DNA from: Candidatus Moranbacteria bacterium RIFOXYA12_FULL_35_19
GTDB taxonomy: Bacteria; Patescibacteriota; Minisyncoccia; Moranbacterales; UBA2206
DNA: 52,706 nt
Assembly: GCA_001784805.1 (NCBI GenBank)
Contig: MFSE01000006.1
Coordinates: 1 to 52,706 of the forward strand
Direction of reading: 5' to 3'
Shown here: positions 9,653 to 19,261 of the stretch, piece after piece
How positions within the stretch are numbered: position 1 is the first letter of the stretch
Layout: each line of letters begins with the position of its first letter
Notes under the pieces: model-generated
Told to the model about the DNA's origin: nothing
The model's database searches: none
What the model saw: the letters and a program-made list of their open reading frames with translations, nothing else
Translations under genes and position numbers: made by a program

Positions 9653-11074
9653 TTAAAGATTCTTTCTCTTCCGAAACAAAACTCCCACAGTTTTTAGGCA
9701 AATTTGGATATCCAGCCAAAGCGACCAATTTTCAATATAAAACAAATCTAGTTTATATTCATCTTCAAAATCCAAATCCGATCGACCGGAAACTTGCGCC
9801 ATGCCGGTCACCCCAGGTTTAATTGTGAGAAGTCGGCGGTGATATTCCATATATTTTTCCACTTCCCGTTTTTGATGTGGGCGCGGACCAACCAAACTCA
9901 TTGAACCAAAAAGAACATTGAAAAATTGTGGCAATTCGTCGATGGAATATTTTTCAATAAATTTTCCAACTGTGGTTTTTCTTGGATCATCTTTTATCTT
10001 GTAAAGCGGACCCCGTCGGACGCTTTGATTTTCAATTAATTCTTTTTCTAATTTTACCGCTTCTTCTAATTTTTTATTTTCTTTTGTCACACAAAAATCC
10101 CATTTCATATAGCGGAATTTATAAACAAAAAACTTTTTTCCGTCATTGCCAATTCTTTCATTTTTATAAATTATCGGGCCTTCGCTGTCCAATTTTATCG
10201 CCAAAGCAGTCAACATTAAAATCGGCGAAGTTGCAACTATTCCGAAAATTGAAGTGGTGATATCAAACGCGCGTTTCAAAATCCTGCCCCAACCGTCTAG
10301 CGGAGTATTTCTAATTTCAATCAGCGGTTCTCCACTCAAAACTCCGATTTCATATTTTGAAGTTTGAAGTGTGGTAGGGATAAATTTGAATTTAATATTA
10401 TGGATCGCACAATAATCGATAATTTTTTCTTGTTCAGCATCAGTTATTGACGGCTCGCAAAGAATTATTTCATCAATGCCTTTTTGCTCTTTTATTTCCT
10501 TAATCACATGCAAACTAGCGGTACCAATTTTATCCACTACTTTATAACCCAAATTCCGATTTTGATAAATCAACTTAGCAATCGTATCCATTTTGCCGTT
10601 TATTCCGATCAAAAGTAGCCGGTGTACGCCAATACCTTTTTTTCGGAGGAGCCATTTTTGAAAAAGCTGGATGAAGTAACGCGCCATCACCACATAAAAA
10701 ACCCCTAGTCCCCAAGTGGCTAAAATAACAAAACGAGAAGAAAACCATTCTCGTTTTAAAAATATAGTTACAATAATAATAACCAGCCCGATTGAAGTAG
10801 CGGTGAAAATTTTCAGAGTTTCTTTCCAAAATTTTCGAGTTGATCGAATATTATAAAGTCCCTCTAAAGCATAAATCAAAATAAAAAAAGGAGTGACTAT
10901 AAGAATTATTTTTATATAACTTTCAAAAGAAAAAGTATATAATTTTGGTCTGCCAAGGTTGATCATAATTTCCGGCACATTTCGAATAGCAAAAGCCGAG
11001 ATAGCCGCAAGGACTATCATCAAAAAATCAACTGGTACTTGAATGGCGCTAAAAAAAAGTTCCGATCTCTTCAT
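9653..11074 (-). CDS. Polyprenyl-phosphate sugar phosphotransferase (WcaJ/WbaP family)
   Basis: KRAFDI; DELPQFFNVLFGSMSLVGPRP; KPGVTGMAQVSGR. Confidence 0.93.
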   Translation of the reverse strand: MKRSELFFSAIQVPVDFLMIVLAAISAFAIRNVPEIMINLGRPKLYTFSFESYIKIILIVTPFFILIYALEGLYNIRSTRKFWKETLKIFTATSIGLVIIIVTIFLKREWFSSRFVILATWGLGVFYVVMARYFIQLFQKWLLRKKGIGVHRLLLIGINGKMDTIAKLIYQNRNLGYKVVDKIGTASLHVIKEIKEQKGIDEIILCEPSITDAEQEKIIDYCAIHNIKFKFIPTTLQTSKYEIGVLSGEPLIEIRNTPLDGWGRILKRAFDITTSIFGIVATSPILMLTALAIKLDSEGPIIYKNERIGNDGKKFFVYKFRYMKWDFCVTKENKKLEEAVKLEKELIENQSVRRGPLYKIKDDPRKTTVGKFIEKYSIDELPQFFNVLFGSMSLVGPRPHQKREVEKYMEYHRRLLTIKPGVTGMAQVSGRSDLDFEDEYKLDLFYIENWSLWLDIQICLKTVGVLFRKRKNL

Positions 11075-11077
11075 ATG

Positions 11078-11188
11078 ATTACGAAATACGAAATTAATAC
11101 TAAATACGAAAGTACGAAAATAAAATTAATACGGAAAATATAATTCAAAAAAATTTCGTATTTCGCTTATTTCGTAGTTCGTAAATTT
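11078..11188. repeat. TACGAAA-heptad inverted-repeat element, copy 3
   Basis: Same arms and same terminal 15-mer. Confidence 0.85.
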
Positions 11189-11193
11189 CAGAT

Positions 11194-11534
11194 ATATATC
11201 AAGGCAAATCTATAAGCCGGATTCTGTCGTGATCAATAATTTATCTAGCCCCGACGTTACCGTCGGGGTCAAGCGGCATTTCTTGTTCTTACTAGTGTAG
11301 AACAAGACACAGCCTTGCTCCCAGGTAAGGATTTAGCCGTTTCACCCCAATATTACTATTGGATTCGCCCCGCCTTTTCAAGCGGGGTGCTCAACCTTTC
11401 GGTTTCGCACGTCTCTGCTCGCACCTCTTGGATTGCTCCAGACGGGTATTACCCGCTACCATTTTCTATGTGGAGTCCGGACTTTCCTCCCCGACTTTTC
11501 GTCGAGGTAATTGACCAATTTGCCTTGATATATA
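11194..11534 (-). ncRNA. rnpB: RNase P RNA
   Basis: Minus strand has GAGGAAAGTCCGGACTCC and ACAGAATCCGGCTTAT; long P1 stem from the termini (tatatcaaggcaaat/atttgccttgatata); ends approximate. Confidence 0.95.
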
Positions 11535-11656
11535 CCTAAAAAATTTTATTGATAAACTTTATAATCTAAAATTTACCCTTTTTTAAGCCAAATTTTCAAA
11601 GTTCTACCCTGTTATATTAGCATAATTGCCATAATCTGTAAAGGCAAATTTTCAAA

Positions 11657-11689
11657 AATAAAACAGGCTTTTTTATCTCCTGTTTTATT
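11657..11689 (-). terminator. Putative intrinsic terminator after valS
   Basis: aataaaacagg...cctgttttatt stem right after the stop codon, T-run on minus strand. Confidence 0.55.
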
Positions 11690-11693
11690 GACT

Positions 11694-14312
11694 TTATAAT
11701 TTTGCTATGTTTTTTAATAATTCTTTTTGACTTTTTATTTTTTCTCTGTATTCATTTAGTTTAATCTTATTATTTCCCACAACTTCCCTTGGTGCGCTGG
11801 CAAGGAAATTTTTGTTATTTAAGAGACCTTCGGTTTTTGAAATCAACTTTTCTAAGTTTATAATTTCTTTTTCCAAATTTTTCTTTTCTTTCTCGACATC
11901 AATTGATTCGATTATATCTAAATTTAAACTTGATACTTTGATTGATTTACTTTTTGTTTTTTCAGAAGAGATACTAACTCGCGCTAATTTTTCAATAATT
12001 TCCTTATTTGAAATTTTATTACTATATGCATTAATTATTTTCCCAGGATCAATATGATAGCTCGATCGGATATTTCTAATCTTGCCAATCATTTCTTGCA
12101 ATTCTCGAAATTCTTTCTCTGTTTTTTTATCAATTAATTTCTTGGAAGCTTCTGGCCACTTCTCAACCATTAGCAACTTCCTAAGGTTCAACCTTTGGCT
12201 AGCCAAAGGTTGAACCTTAGGAAGGATGGCATCACCATATATTTTTTCCGTCACAAACGGCATAAATGGATGCCACAGTTTCAAAATTTTATCGATCACA
12301 TATCCCAAAACTTTATCATTTTTTTCGAGTTTATGAATTTCAAGATACCATGAAGCTAATTCATCCCAAGTGAATTTAATAAGAATGTTTTCCGCCATGG
12401 CAATGTTTTTATTTTCCAACATTTTTGATGCCCCAAAAATTGCCTCATTAGCTCGCGAAACAATCCATTGATCAGCCAAGCTTTTAATATCTTTTTTAGA
12501 AATTTTTTCCACCAATTCAAATTTATCACTTGAGCTAAAACTATAACGATAGATATTCCAAAGTTTGGTCACAAAATTTCGATATTTTTCTATTTTTTCT
12601 TCATAGAGTCGCGTGTCTAATCCGGGAGTTGTGTCAGTAATAAGACTCATGCGAAGCGCATCCGCTCCATACTTCTCAATCATTGCTAATGGATCAACGC
12701 CATTGCCTTTAGATTTTGACATCTTTTGACCATCCTTGTCGCGAATCAGTCCCGTAAAAAATAAATTCTTAAATGGCACTTTACCGGTTCGATATAGCCC
12801 CATCATAATCATCTTAGAAGCCCAGAAAAAAAGCAGGTCGCGTCCCGTAACCATCATTTCAGTTGAATAAAAATCTTTATAGTCTTTGCCTTTTGGATAG
12901 CCCAAAGTTATGTATGGCCATTGAGCGGAAGAAAACCAAGTGTCAAAAGTATCCGAGTCTTGCATCAATTTTGTTCCCTTGCATTTTGGACAATTTTTTG
13001 GCTTTTCAATTGAAACAATATATTTTTCTTCTCCGCATTTTTCACAATACCAAACTGGAATTTGCGGTCCCCACCAAATTTGGCGCGAAATACACCAATC
13101 ATGCAAACCAGAAAACCAACCTGTCATTATTTTTCCAAAACTTTTTGGATAAATTTCAATCTTCCCTGTTTTGATCGCTTTTAAGGATTCTTTTTTTAGA
13201 GAATATTTTTTCGCATCCACATTCACAAACCATTGCTTGGAAATCAAAGGTTCAATCGTTTCCTTGCAACGCTCACAAACTGATTTATTGATTTCATTTT
13301 CTTCTATTTTTTCAATGAGGCCGAGCTTGGTCAAATCGCGTACAATATTTTCCCGTGCCTCTTCAACTTTTTGACCGACATATTTTCCGCCTAATTTTGT
13401 AATCTGCGCTTTTTCATTAATCACTTGAATTTCTTGGAGTTTATGATCTTTGCCAATTTGCCAGTCTAGCGGATCATGAGCTGGGGTAATTTTCACCGCG
13501 CCTGTACCAAATTCCATTTCCATTCTTCTATCGGAAATGATTGGAATTTCTCGATTTTGCAAAGGTAAAATAACAATTTTTCCCACTAATTTTTCAAAGC
13601 GTTTATCTTTTGGATTAACTGCCACGGCCGTGTCACCCAGCATTGTTTCTGGTCTTGTGGTCGCAACTGTAATAAACTGTTTAGAATCTTTCAGTGGATA
13701 TTTTATGTAATACAACCTTCCTGCTGTTTTTTTATGAAGCACTTCCACATCCGAAAGTGCAGTGGCACATCTAGGGCACCAGTTGATTATTCTTTCTCCG
13801 CGATAAATCATTCCGTCTTTTTCCATCTTGACAAAAGTCTCAAGCGCCCGAGAAAGAACGTCCGGATCAAGCGTGAATTTTTCTCGCGACCAATCCGCGC
13901 TGATACCGATTTTCTTTTCTTGCGCGCGCATATAATTTGACCTATCAATACAAAAGTCATAAATCTCCTTGTAGAATTTTTCTCGCCCTAAATCATATCG
14001 AGAAATCCCCCGTTCTGCTTTGATTTTTTTTTCATAAACTACTTGTGATTGAATTCCGGCGTGGTCTTTTCCTGGGAAAAGCAAAACTTTCTCCCCTTTC
14101 ATGCGGTGATAACGTCCAAAAATATCCATCACGGTGTAACCTGAAGCATGTCCAAGATGAAGCTCTCCATTAGCATTCGGTGGTGGCAAAATATTGCAAT
14201 ATTTTTTCTTGGATTTTATCTTGTCCGGACTAAAAAAACCACTCTCCTCCCAGAGCTTATATATCTCATCCTCATATTTATTCGCTTCGTATGTTTTTAA
14301 GATCTCTTTCAT
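11694..14312 (-). CDS. valS: Valyl-tRNA synthetase
   Basis: PPPNANGELHLGH, DWCISRQIWWG, KMSKSKGN, C-terminal coiled coil; start probably MKEILK. Confidence 0.97.
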   Translation of the reverse strand: MKEILKTYEANKYEDEIYKLWEESGFFSPDKIKSKKKYCNILPPPNANGELHLGHASGYTVMDIFGRYHRMKGEKVLLFPGKDHAGIQSQVVYEKKIKAERGISRYDLGREKFYKEIYDFCIDRSNYMRAQEKKIGISADWSREKFTLDPDVLSRALETFVKMEKDGMIYRGERIINWCPRCATALSDVEVLHKKTAGRLYYIKYPLKDSKQFITVATTRPETMLGDTAVAVNPKDKRFEKLVGKIVILPLQNREIPIISDRRMEMEFGTGAVKITPAHDPLDWQIGKDHKLQEIQVINEKAQITKLGGKYVGQKVEEARENIVRDLTKLGLIEKIEENEINKSVCERCKETIEPLISKQWFVNVDAKKYSLKKESLKAIKTGKIEIYPKSFGKIMTGWFSGLHDWCISRQIWWGPQIPVWYCEKCGEEKYIVSIEKPKNCPKCKGTKLMQDSDTFDTWFSSAQWPYITLGYPKGKDYKDFYSTEMMVTGRDLLFFWASKMIMMGLYRTGKVPFKNLFFTGLIRDKDGQKMSKSKGNGVDPLAMIEKYGADALRMSLITDTTPGLDTRLYEEKIEKYRNFVTKLWNIYRYSFSSSDKFELVEKISKKDIKSLADQWIVSRANEAIFGASKMLENKNIAMAENILIKFTWDELASWYLEIHKLEKNDKVLGYVIDKILKLWHPFMPFVTEKIYGDAILPKVQPLASQRLNLRKLLMVEKWPEASKKLIDKKTEKEFRELQEMIGKIRNIRSSYHIDPGKIINAYSNKISNKEIIEKLARVSISSEKTKSKSIKVSSLNLDIIESIDVEKEKKNLEKEIINLEKLISKTEGLLNNKNFLASAPREVVGNNKIKLNEYREKIKSQKELLKNIAKL
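12177..12224. repeat. 48-bp perfect palindrome in frame in valS
   Basis: CTTCCTAAGGTTCAACCTTTGGCT|AGCCAAAGGTTGAACCTTAGGAAG encodes LPKVQPLASQRLNLRK; identical at 31964-32011. Confidence 0.97.
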
Positions 14313-14314
14313 GA

Positions 14315-14932
14315 TTAAATACAACTCAATGATTCATTGAACTTAATAATATCGGTTAAGTTGTTGTTATAGTGTTTATTATTCATTACAACGCAATAAT
14401 CTGTACCGCACCCAGTAAAAACAAAAGTTCCCGTATCATGCTCGTTACATATTTTTAAATTATAAATATTTTCATTATCTGATTCTCTGTAATAATAAAT
14501 GTCTGTACACATACCCCAAAAACACTTTTTTGATAAATTGGTATTATATCTTTCTTTTATTTCTTCTAATTTTTTAGGGTATTTGCCTGTGTCATACTTA
14601 TACCGTTCAATATCTGAGATTATATCACTAAACTGCTTACCATATCCTTGTTTAATGATAAAATTCTTTTTTAAATTCATTACGCCTTTGCTTGCTATAT
14701 TTAAAATCACAAACATTAATATTAATATTCCAGAAGTTAAAATTATTTTAAGTCCAATAAATTTATTATAAAATACAAATATAATGCCAAAGATAAAGAG
14801 CAAAATTGAAAGCACTAACAAAAGCCATGTAAAAACAATTACATGCACATCAAAAGATTCTAATATAAAAAGAAAAAATAATAATACAATTACTAAAATA
14901 CTTAATATATTATCTAATAAAAATTTTTTCAT
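14315..14932 (-). CDS. Hypothetical membrane protein, very AT-rich
   Basis: Three TM segments, then a Cys-containing soluble domain. Confidence 0.7.
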   Translation of the reverse strand: MKKFLLDNILSILVIVLLFFLFILESFDVHVIVFTWLLLVLSILLFIFGIIFVFYNKFIGLKIILTSGILILMFVILNIASKGVMNLKKNFIIKQGYGKQFSDIISDIERYKYDTGKYPKKLEEIKERYNTNLSKKCFWGMCTDIYYYRESDNENIYNLKICNEHDTGTFVFTGCGTDYCVVMNNKHYNNNLTDIIKFNESLSCI

Positions 14933-14950
14933 TTTTATTTATACTAATAA

Positions 14951-17488
14951 TTATTTTCTCACCTCTACTTTCAATTCTTTTTCCAAGTCTGTAATAACTT
15001 TTTCCATCACCTCATCTACTTCTCTACTTTCCAATGTTCGTTCACTGGCTCCAAATTCAATATGATAAGCAAAACTGGTTTGATTGTCTTTTTTGAAAAC
15101 ATCAAACATATCCACCTTCATCACTAAGTTTCCGCCAACTTTTTTTATGATATTTTGAATATCAATCGCTCTGGTTTCACCTTTGGCAAGCATTGAAATA
15201 TCGCGAATAACCGTTGGAAATTTTTGAAGAGGCAAAAATATTTTCTGTTTTTCTGCCACCCTCATAAGCTTTTCAGTATCAAACTCACAAACTGCCACTC
15301 TTTTTTCAATTTTATACTTCTTGAGTGTCAGCGGATTAATTTCTCCAATCATTCCAATCTTTTCATTATTCACAATAATTTCCGCATTGCGCACCGGATG
15401 AGTCAGATGATTTTTTGGAAGATTTTTTTCCTTATATAAAATATTATCCTCCCCTATTCCTAAATTTTCCAATAAACTTTGAACTGTGCCTTTTAGATTA
15501 TAAAATGTTTCCGCGCCCTTATCCTTTTCCAAAACTTGCGCCATCACGAGCATTCTTTTTTCTTCTGTTCCTGTCATTCCGAACTCGTTTCGGAATCCAG
15601 ATCCTGAAACAAGTTCAGGATGACAAGAGTAAACTTTGCCGATTTCAAAAATATTAAAACTTTCAAAAATATTTATATTTGTTTTGACATTTTTCAAAAT
15701 ATTTGGTACCAGGCTAACTCGAACATATCTTTGATCAGGATTCATTGGACTAGAAAGTTCAAAATGCTTTACCCCGTGGACTACCGCCTTTGGCGGTTGT
15801 TGCAAAGCAACATAGTCCATGGGGTGAATACCATCCAAGGCGCAATTCTTAGTGTCAATCTCGGAATAGAAAGAATAATTATACATTTCATCAAAGCCAA
15901 AACCAACTGCAATTTCTCCAAGTTTTCTTTCAAAAGACAAAACTTCATTTATTTTGGCAGGTATAACTGGCTCAACAAGTGGAAGAGGTTTAATTTTTTC
16001 ATATCCCCAAATCCGTCCAATCTCTTCAATCAAATCTTCTTGAGTTTTGAGATCAACTCTAAATGTAGGAATAGTACACACTACCTTATATGGTTGAATA
16101 GTAGTGTTGATTCCTAATAAATTTAATATTCTTGTTATTTCTTTTTTTGGAATTATTTCTCCCAAAAGAGAGTTTACATATTCCAAATCTAATTTTATTT
16201 TGCAAGGCTTGATTTTATTTGGATAAATATCAATTACTCCTTCGAACTCTGCGCCAGCAGTGTGTTCCAAAACTTCTATGATTCTGACAATGGCTTTTTC
16301 CGCTAAATTTGGATCAATCTCTTTTTCAAAACGATCAGATGATTCAGTTTTCACGCCCAGTCTTGTTCTTGAGCGTCTGATATTGACGGCATCAAAATTA
16401 GCGGCTTCCAAAATTATTGTCTTGGTATTTTCATTTATGCCTGAATCTTTTCCACCCATAATTCCAGCCAGTGCCAACGGAGTTTCGCCATTAGTAATAA
16501 GCAAATCAGAATTATTCAATTCTAAAATTGATTCGTCCAATAAAACTAATTTTTCTTTATCCTTTGCTCTTCTGATAATAATTTGTAGTTTATTTTTGCT
16601 TGAAATTTTTTCTGCGTCAAAAGCGTGCATTGGTTGCCCAAGTTCCAACATCACATAATTTGTCGCGTCAACTACATTATTAATCGGACGAATTCCTGAA
16701 GCCTCCAATCTTTGTTTCATCCAACTTGGCGAATCTTTAATTTCTACATTTTCCATTACTGCGCCAATATAGCGAGAGCATAGCTTCTTGTCCTCAATTC
16801 GCACTCGTAGAGACGCAAAATTTTGCGTCTTTACACAAGGCAACTTAAGTCCATCAAAATCATATTCAAATTTCCTATTTTCTAAAACTGAAATTTCCCT
16901 CGCCACACCAACATGACTGGTTGCATCGTGCGCTCGATCCGGCAAAACCTTTATTTCAAAAATTGTATCATCTTCCACGCCTAAATATTTTTTAGCTGGC
17001 TCGCCAATTTTAGCTTTAGAATCCAAAATAAAAATTCCGCTATGATCAGTTCCGAGCCCCAGCTCGTCCAATGCGCAAAGCATACCAAAAGATTTTTCCC
17101 CGCGAATTTCCGCCTCCTTTATCTCTATTCCGTTTGGAAGCTTTGTTCCTGCTGTCGCTACTGGAACTTTATCCCCAACTGCAATATTTTTTGCCCCGCA
17201 AACAATATCCAAAACCCCCTCTCCTTTATAAGGAGAAGGTTGCCCGCCTGCCGGCGAGGCAGGGGGTGAGGTGTGTTTCCCGATATCAATTTTTGTCAAT
17301 TGCAACTTATCCGCATTAGGATGTTTTTTGATTTCCAAAATCTTCCCCACCACCACTCCATCAAAATTCCATTTTTTTTCTTCCATCCCCTCAATTTCTA
17401 ACGAATGCATCGTCAAAAGCTCCCTCACTTTTTCCGGGGATAATTTTGTACCTGATAATTCCTTTAGCCAATTATATGAATATTTCAT
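14951..17488 (-). CDS. pheT: Phenylalanyl-tRNA synthetase beta subunit, with four in-frame palindromic inserts
   Basis: MKYSYNWLKE, HPNADKL, NNVVDATNYVMLELGQPMHAFD, EDLIEEIGRIWGY. Confidence 0.97.
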   Translation of the reverse strand: MKYSYNWLKELSGTKLSPEKVRELLTMHSLEIEGMEEKKWNFDGVVVGKILEIKKHPNADKLQLTKIDIGKHTSPPASPAGGQPSPYKGEGVLDIVCGAKNIAVGDKVPVATAGTKLPNGIEIKEAEIRGEKSFGMLCALDELGLGTDHSGIFILDSKAKIGEPAKKYLGVEDDTIFEIKVLPDRAHDATSHVGVAREISVLENRKFEYDFDGLKLPCVKTQNFASLRVRIEDKKLCSRYIGAVMENVEIKDSPSWMKQRLEASGIRPINNVVDATNYVMLELGQPMHAFDAEKISSKNKLQIIIRRAKDKEKLVLLDESILELNNSDLLITNGETPLALAGIMGGKDSGINENTKTIILEAANFDAVNIRRSRTRLGVKTESSDRFEKEIDPNLAEKAIVRIIEVLEHTAGAEFEGVIDIYPNKIKPCKIKLDLEYVNSLLGEIIPKKEITRILNLLGINTTIQPYKVVCTIPTFRVDLKTQEDLIEEIGRIWGYEKIKPLPLVEPVIPAKINEVLSFERKLGEIAVGFGFDEMYNYSFYSEIDTKNCALDGIHPMDYVALQQPPKAVVHGVKHFELSSPMNPDQRYVRVSLVPNILKNVKTNINIFESFNIFEIGKVYSCHPELVSGSGFRNEFGMTGTEEKRMLVMAQVLEKDKGAETFYNLKGTVQSLLENLGIGEDNILYKEKNLPKNHLTHPVRNAEIIVNNEKIGMIGEINPLTLKKYKIEKRVAVCEFDTEKLMRVAEKQKIFLPLQKFPTVIRDISMLAKGETRAIDIQNIIKKVGGNLVMKVDMFDVFKKDNQTSFAYHIEFGASERTLESREVDEVMEKVITDLEKELKVEVRK
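15572..15625. repeat. 54-bp TGTCAT...ATGACA double-hairpin element in frame in pheT
   Basis: Encodes CHPELVSGSGFRNEFGMT; the 27 bp at 15599-15625 are identical to 26676-26702. Confidence 0.92.
15768..15828. repeat. Branched palindrome in frame in pheT
   Basis: TTTACCCCGTGGACTA/TAGTCCATGGGGTGAA stem enclosing hairpins ACCGCCTTTGGCGGT and TGTTGCAAAGCAACA. Confidence 0.85.
16807..16834. repeat. GTAG-type REP-like palindrome in frame in pheT
   Basis: GTAGAGACGCAAAATTTTGCGTCTTTAC, 28 bp with one mismatch; encodes VKTQNFASL. Confidence 0.85.
17215..17272. repeat. CCCCTCTCCT..AGGAGA..GGGTGAGG element with nested 21-mer, in frame in pheT
   Basis: GC-rich insert encoding TSPPASPAGGQPSPYKGEG between KLQLTKIDIG and IVCGAKN. 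Confidence 0.85.
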
Positions 17489-17494
17489 GTCTTT

Positions 17495-17950
17495 CTTTAC
17501 TAATTACTAATTTTATTACTAATATACTAATCCTCTAAATTTACAATTCTTTTATATCTCACACATTCTTTTGTAAAATAAACGAGTATACCTAATCTTA
17601 AATTCATCGCTTTTAAATAAGAATATAACTGATCGATATCTCTTTTTGAAAAATAATTCTTACTTTTTAATTCAATAACTATTTTATCAAAAACTAAAAA
17701 ATCAAAAATATAATAACCGATTTCTTTTCCTCTATGTTTAACTTTTGCTTTTAATTGTTCTTTAAATTCTATATTATTTTCTGAAAAAATATTTGCAACA
17801 GCTTTCTGATAAAAACTTTCTTTATGTCCATATCCAATTTCATTAAAAATACTAAAAATCAAACCAATAATCTTATAACATTCATCCTTATAAATTAAAT
17901 CATTTCTTATACTCATTAGTATATTTGTATATGATTAGTAATTAGTAAAG
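17495..17950. mobile_element. Inverted-repeat-flanked GxxExxY module between pheS and pheT
   Basis: Perfect 17-bp IR CTTTACTAATTACTAAT (17495-17511) / ATTAGTAATTAGTAAAG (17934-17950), plus further TACTAAT units. Confidence 0.65.
17527..17916 (-). CDS. GxxExxY protein (PD-(D/E)xK nuclease fold)
   Basis: GHKESFY motif, then FDFLVFDKIVIELKS..QLYSYLK. Confidence 0.9.
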   Translation of the reverse strand: MSIRNDLIYKDECYKIIGLIFSIFNEIGYGHKESFYQKAVANIFSENNIEFKEQLKAKVKHRGKEIGYYIFDFLVFDKIVIELKSKNYFSKRDIDQLYSYLKAMNLRLGILVYFTKECVRYKRIVNLED

Positions 17951-17956
17951 ACCTAG

Positions 17957-19012
17957 CTAAAATTGTTTAACAAACCTTAAATCTCCCGAATGAAACAATC
18001 TCACATCATCAATCTTATATCTCGTCATTGCGAGTCGTTCCAGTCCAAATCCCCACGCAAATCCCTGATATTTATTTCTTGGGTACCCCGCGGAAACAAA
18101 AACATTTTGGTTGACCATCCCGGCACCACCAAGTTCTAGCCAACCCGCCCACTTACAAGCCTTGCAACCCTTTCCGCCACAAACCGTGCAAGAAATATCA
18201 AATTCAAAACTTGGTTCTGTAAATGGAAAATAACTTGGACGCAGTCGCACATCCACATCTTGTTTGAAAAAAGCGGAAAAAAATTCTTTGGCAGTAAATT
18301 TCAAATTTCCTACATTCACATCCTCTCCTACAATCAAAGCTTCAAACTGATAGAAAGTATGCTCGTGAGTTGTGTCCGTAGCTTCACGACGAAAACATTT
18401 CCCTGGGACAATAATTCGAAGTGGTGGTTTATTTTTCTCCATATACCTAGCCTGCACCGCTGAAGTTTGACTTCGCATAGAAAAATTGTCCGCGTCTTTC
18501 CGCGTTCCGTCCGCGTTTGTCTGCGAGCGAAGCCAAAAAGTATCTTGCATATCGCGCGCCGGATGATCTTTGGGAATATTCAAGGCATCAAAATTATACC
18601 ATTCATTTTCAATTTCCGGACCATCAGCAATTTCATAGCCCATTGAAGTAAAAACATCTTCAATGTCACGACGCACCAGCGAAATTGGATTGAAGTGTCC
18701 TACACTTTTTTTCTTTCCGGGAATTGTCACATCAATTTTTTCTTTTTCCGCGTCAAAACTCCCACTTTCAATTTCAGTCTTTTTGTTTTTTATTATTTCA
18801 AAAATTTCATTTTTCGTGTTATTGGCTAATTCTCCAATTTGCCTTCTTTCTTCCGGTGTTAAATTTTTTAGATTTTTGAGAATAGAAATAAATTCGCTCT
18901 TTCTACCAACATATCTTTTTTCCAATTCAAAAAGAGCCTCCTCACTTGGCTTAATTTTCTCAATTTCCGCCAAAAACTGCTTCTTCAAATTTTCAATTTT
19001 TTCCTTTAACAT
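17957..19012 (-). CDS. pheS: Phenylalanyl-tRNA synthetase alpha subunit
   Basis: NFDALNIPKDHPARDMQDTF, RLRPSYFPFTEPS, FAWGFGLERL; start probably MLKEKI. Confidence 0.97.
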   Translation of the reverse strand: MLKEKIENLKKQFLAEIEKIKPSEEALFELEKRYVGRKSEFISILKNLKNLTPEERRQIGELANNTKNEIFEIIKNKKTEIESGSFDAEKEKIDVTIPGKKKSVGHFNPISLVRRDIEDVFTSMGYEIADGPEIENEWYNFDALNIPKDHPARDMQDTFWLRSQTNADGTRKDADNFSMRSQTSAVQARYMEKNKPPLRIIVPGKCFRREATDTTHEHTFYQFEALIVGEDVNVGNLKFTAKEFFSAFFKQDVDVRLRPSYFPFTEPSFEFDISCTVCGGKGCKACKWAGWLELGGAGMVNQNVFVSAGYPRNKYQGFAWGFGLERLAMTRYKIDDVRLFHSGDLRFVKQF

Positions 19013-19018
19013 AACCGT

Positions 19019-19158
19019 TGTCATTCCCGCGTAGGCGGGAATCTAGTCTCGAATTTATCTTAAAATTCAAGAATATTTTTATATACTATTTTTTCATTTA
19101 GCCTCTACACTGGATTCCCGTTTTCCTACCTCGCCGGCAGGCGGGCACGGGAATGACA
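19019..19158. repeat. TGTCATTCCC..GGGAAT (dRS3-like) miniature element upstream of pheS
   Basis: ATTCCC-N8-GGGAAT left arm; right arm GGATTCCCGTTTT[21-mer]CACGGGAATGACA; first 29 bp identical to 28690-28718. Confidence 0.88.
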
Positions 19159-19261
19159 ATTATATCGACATTTATATTCTAAGCTAAAAAAAGGCTTTTT
19201 GCAAACTAATAAAAAACTAGAATTAGGCGGGAGTTGGGCATCTCCCGCTAAAATATTAGGT

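Noticed and set aside
7241-11188. CRISPR array
   Set aside because: Repeats are degenerate heptads in inverted arms with no unique spacers, and there are no cas genes.
11315-11539. 74-aa plus-strand ORF
   Set aside because: Antisense to RNase P RNA.
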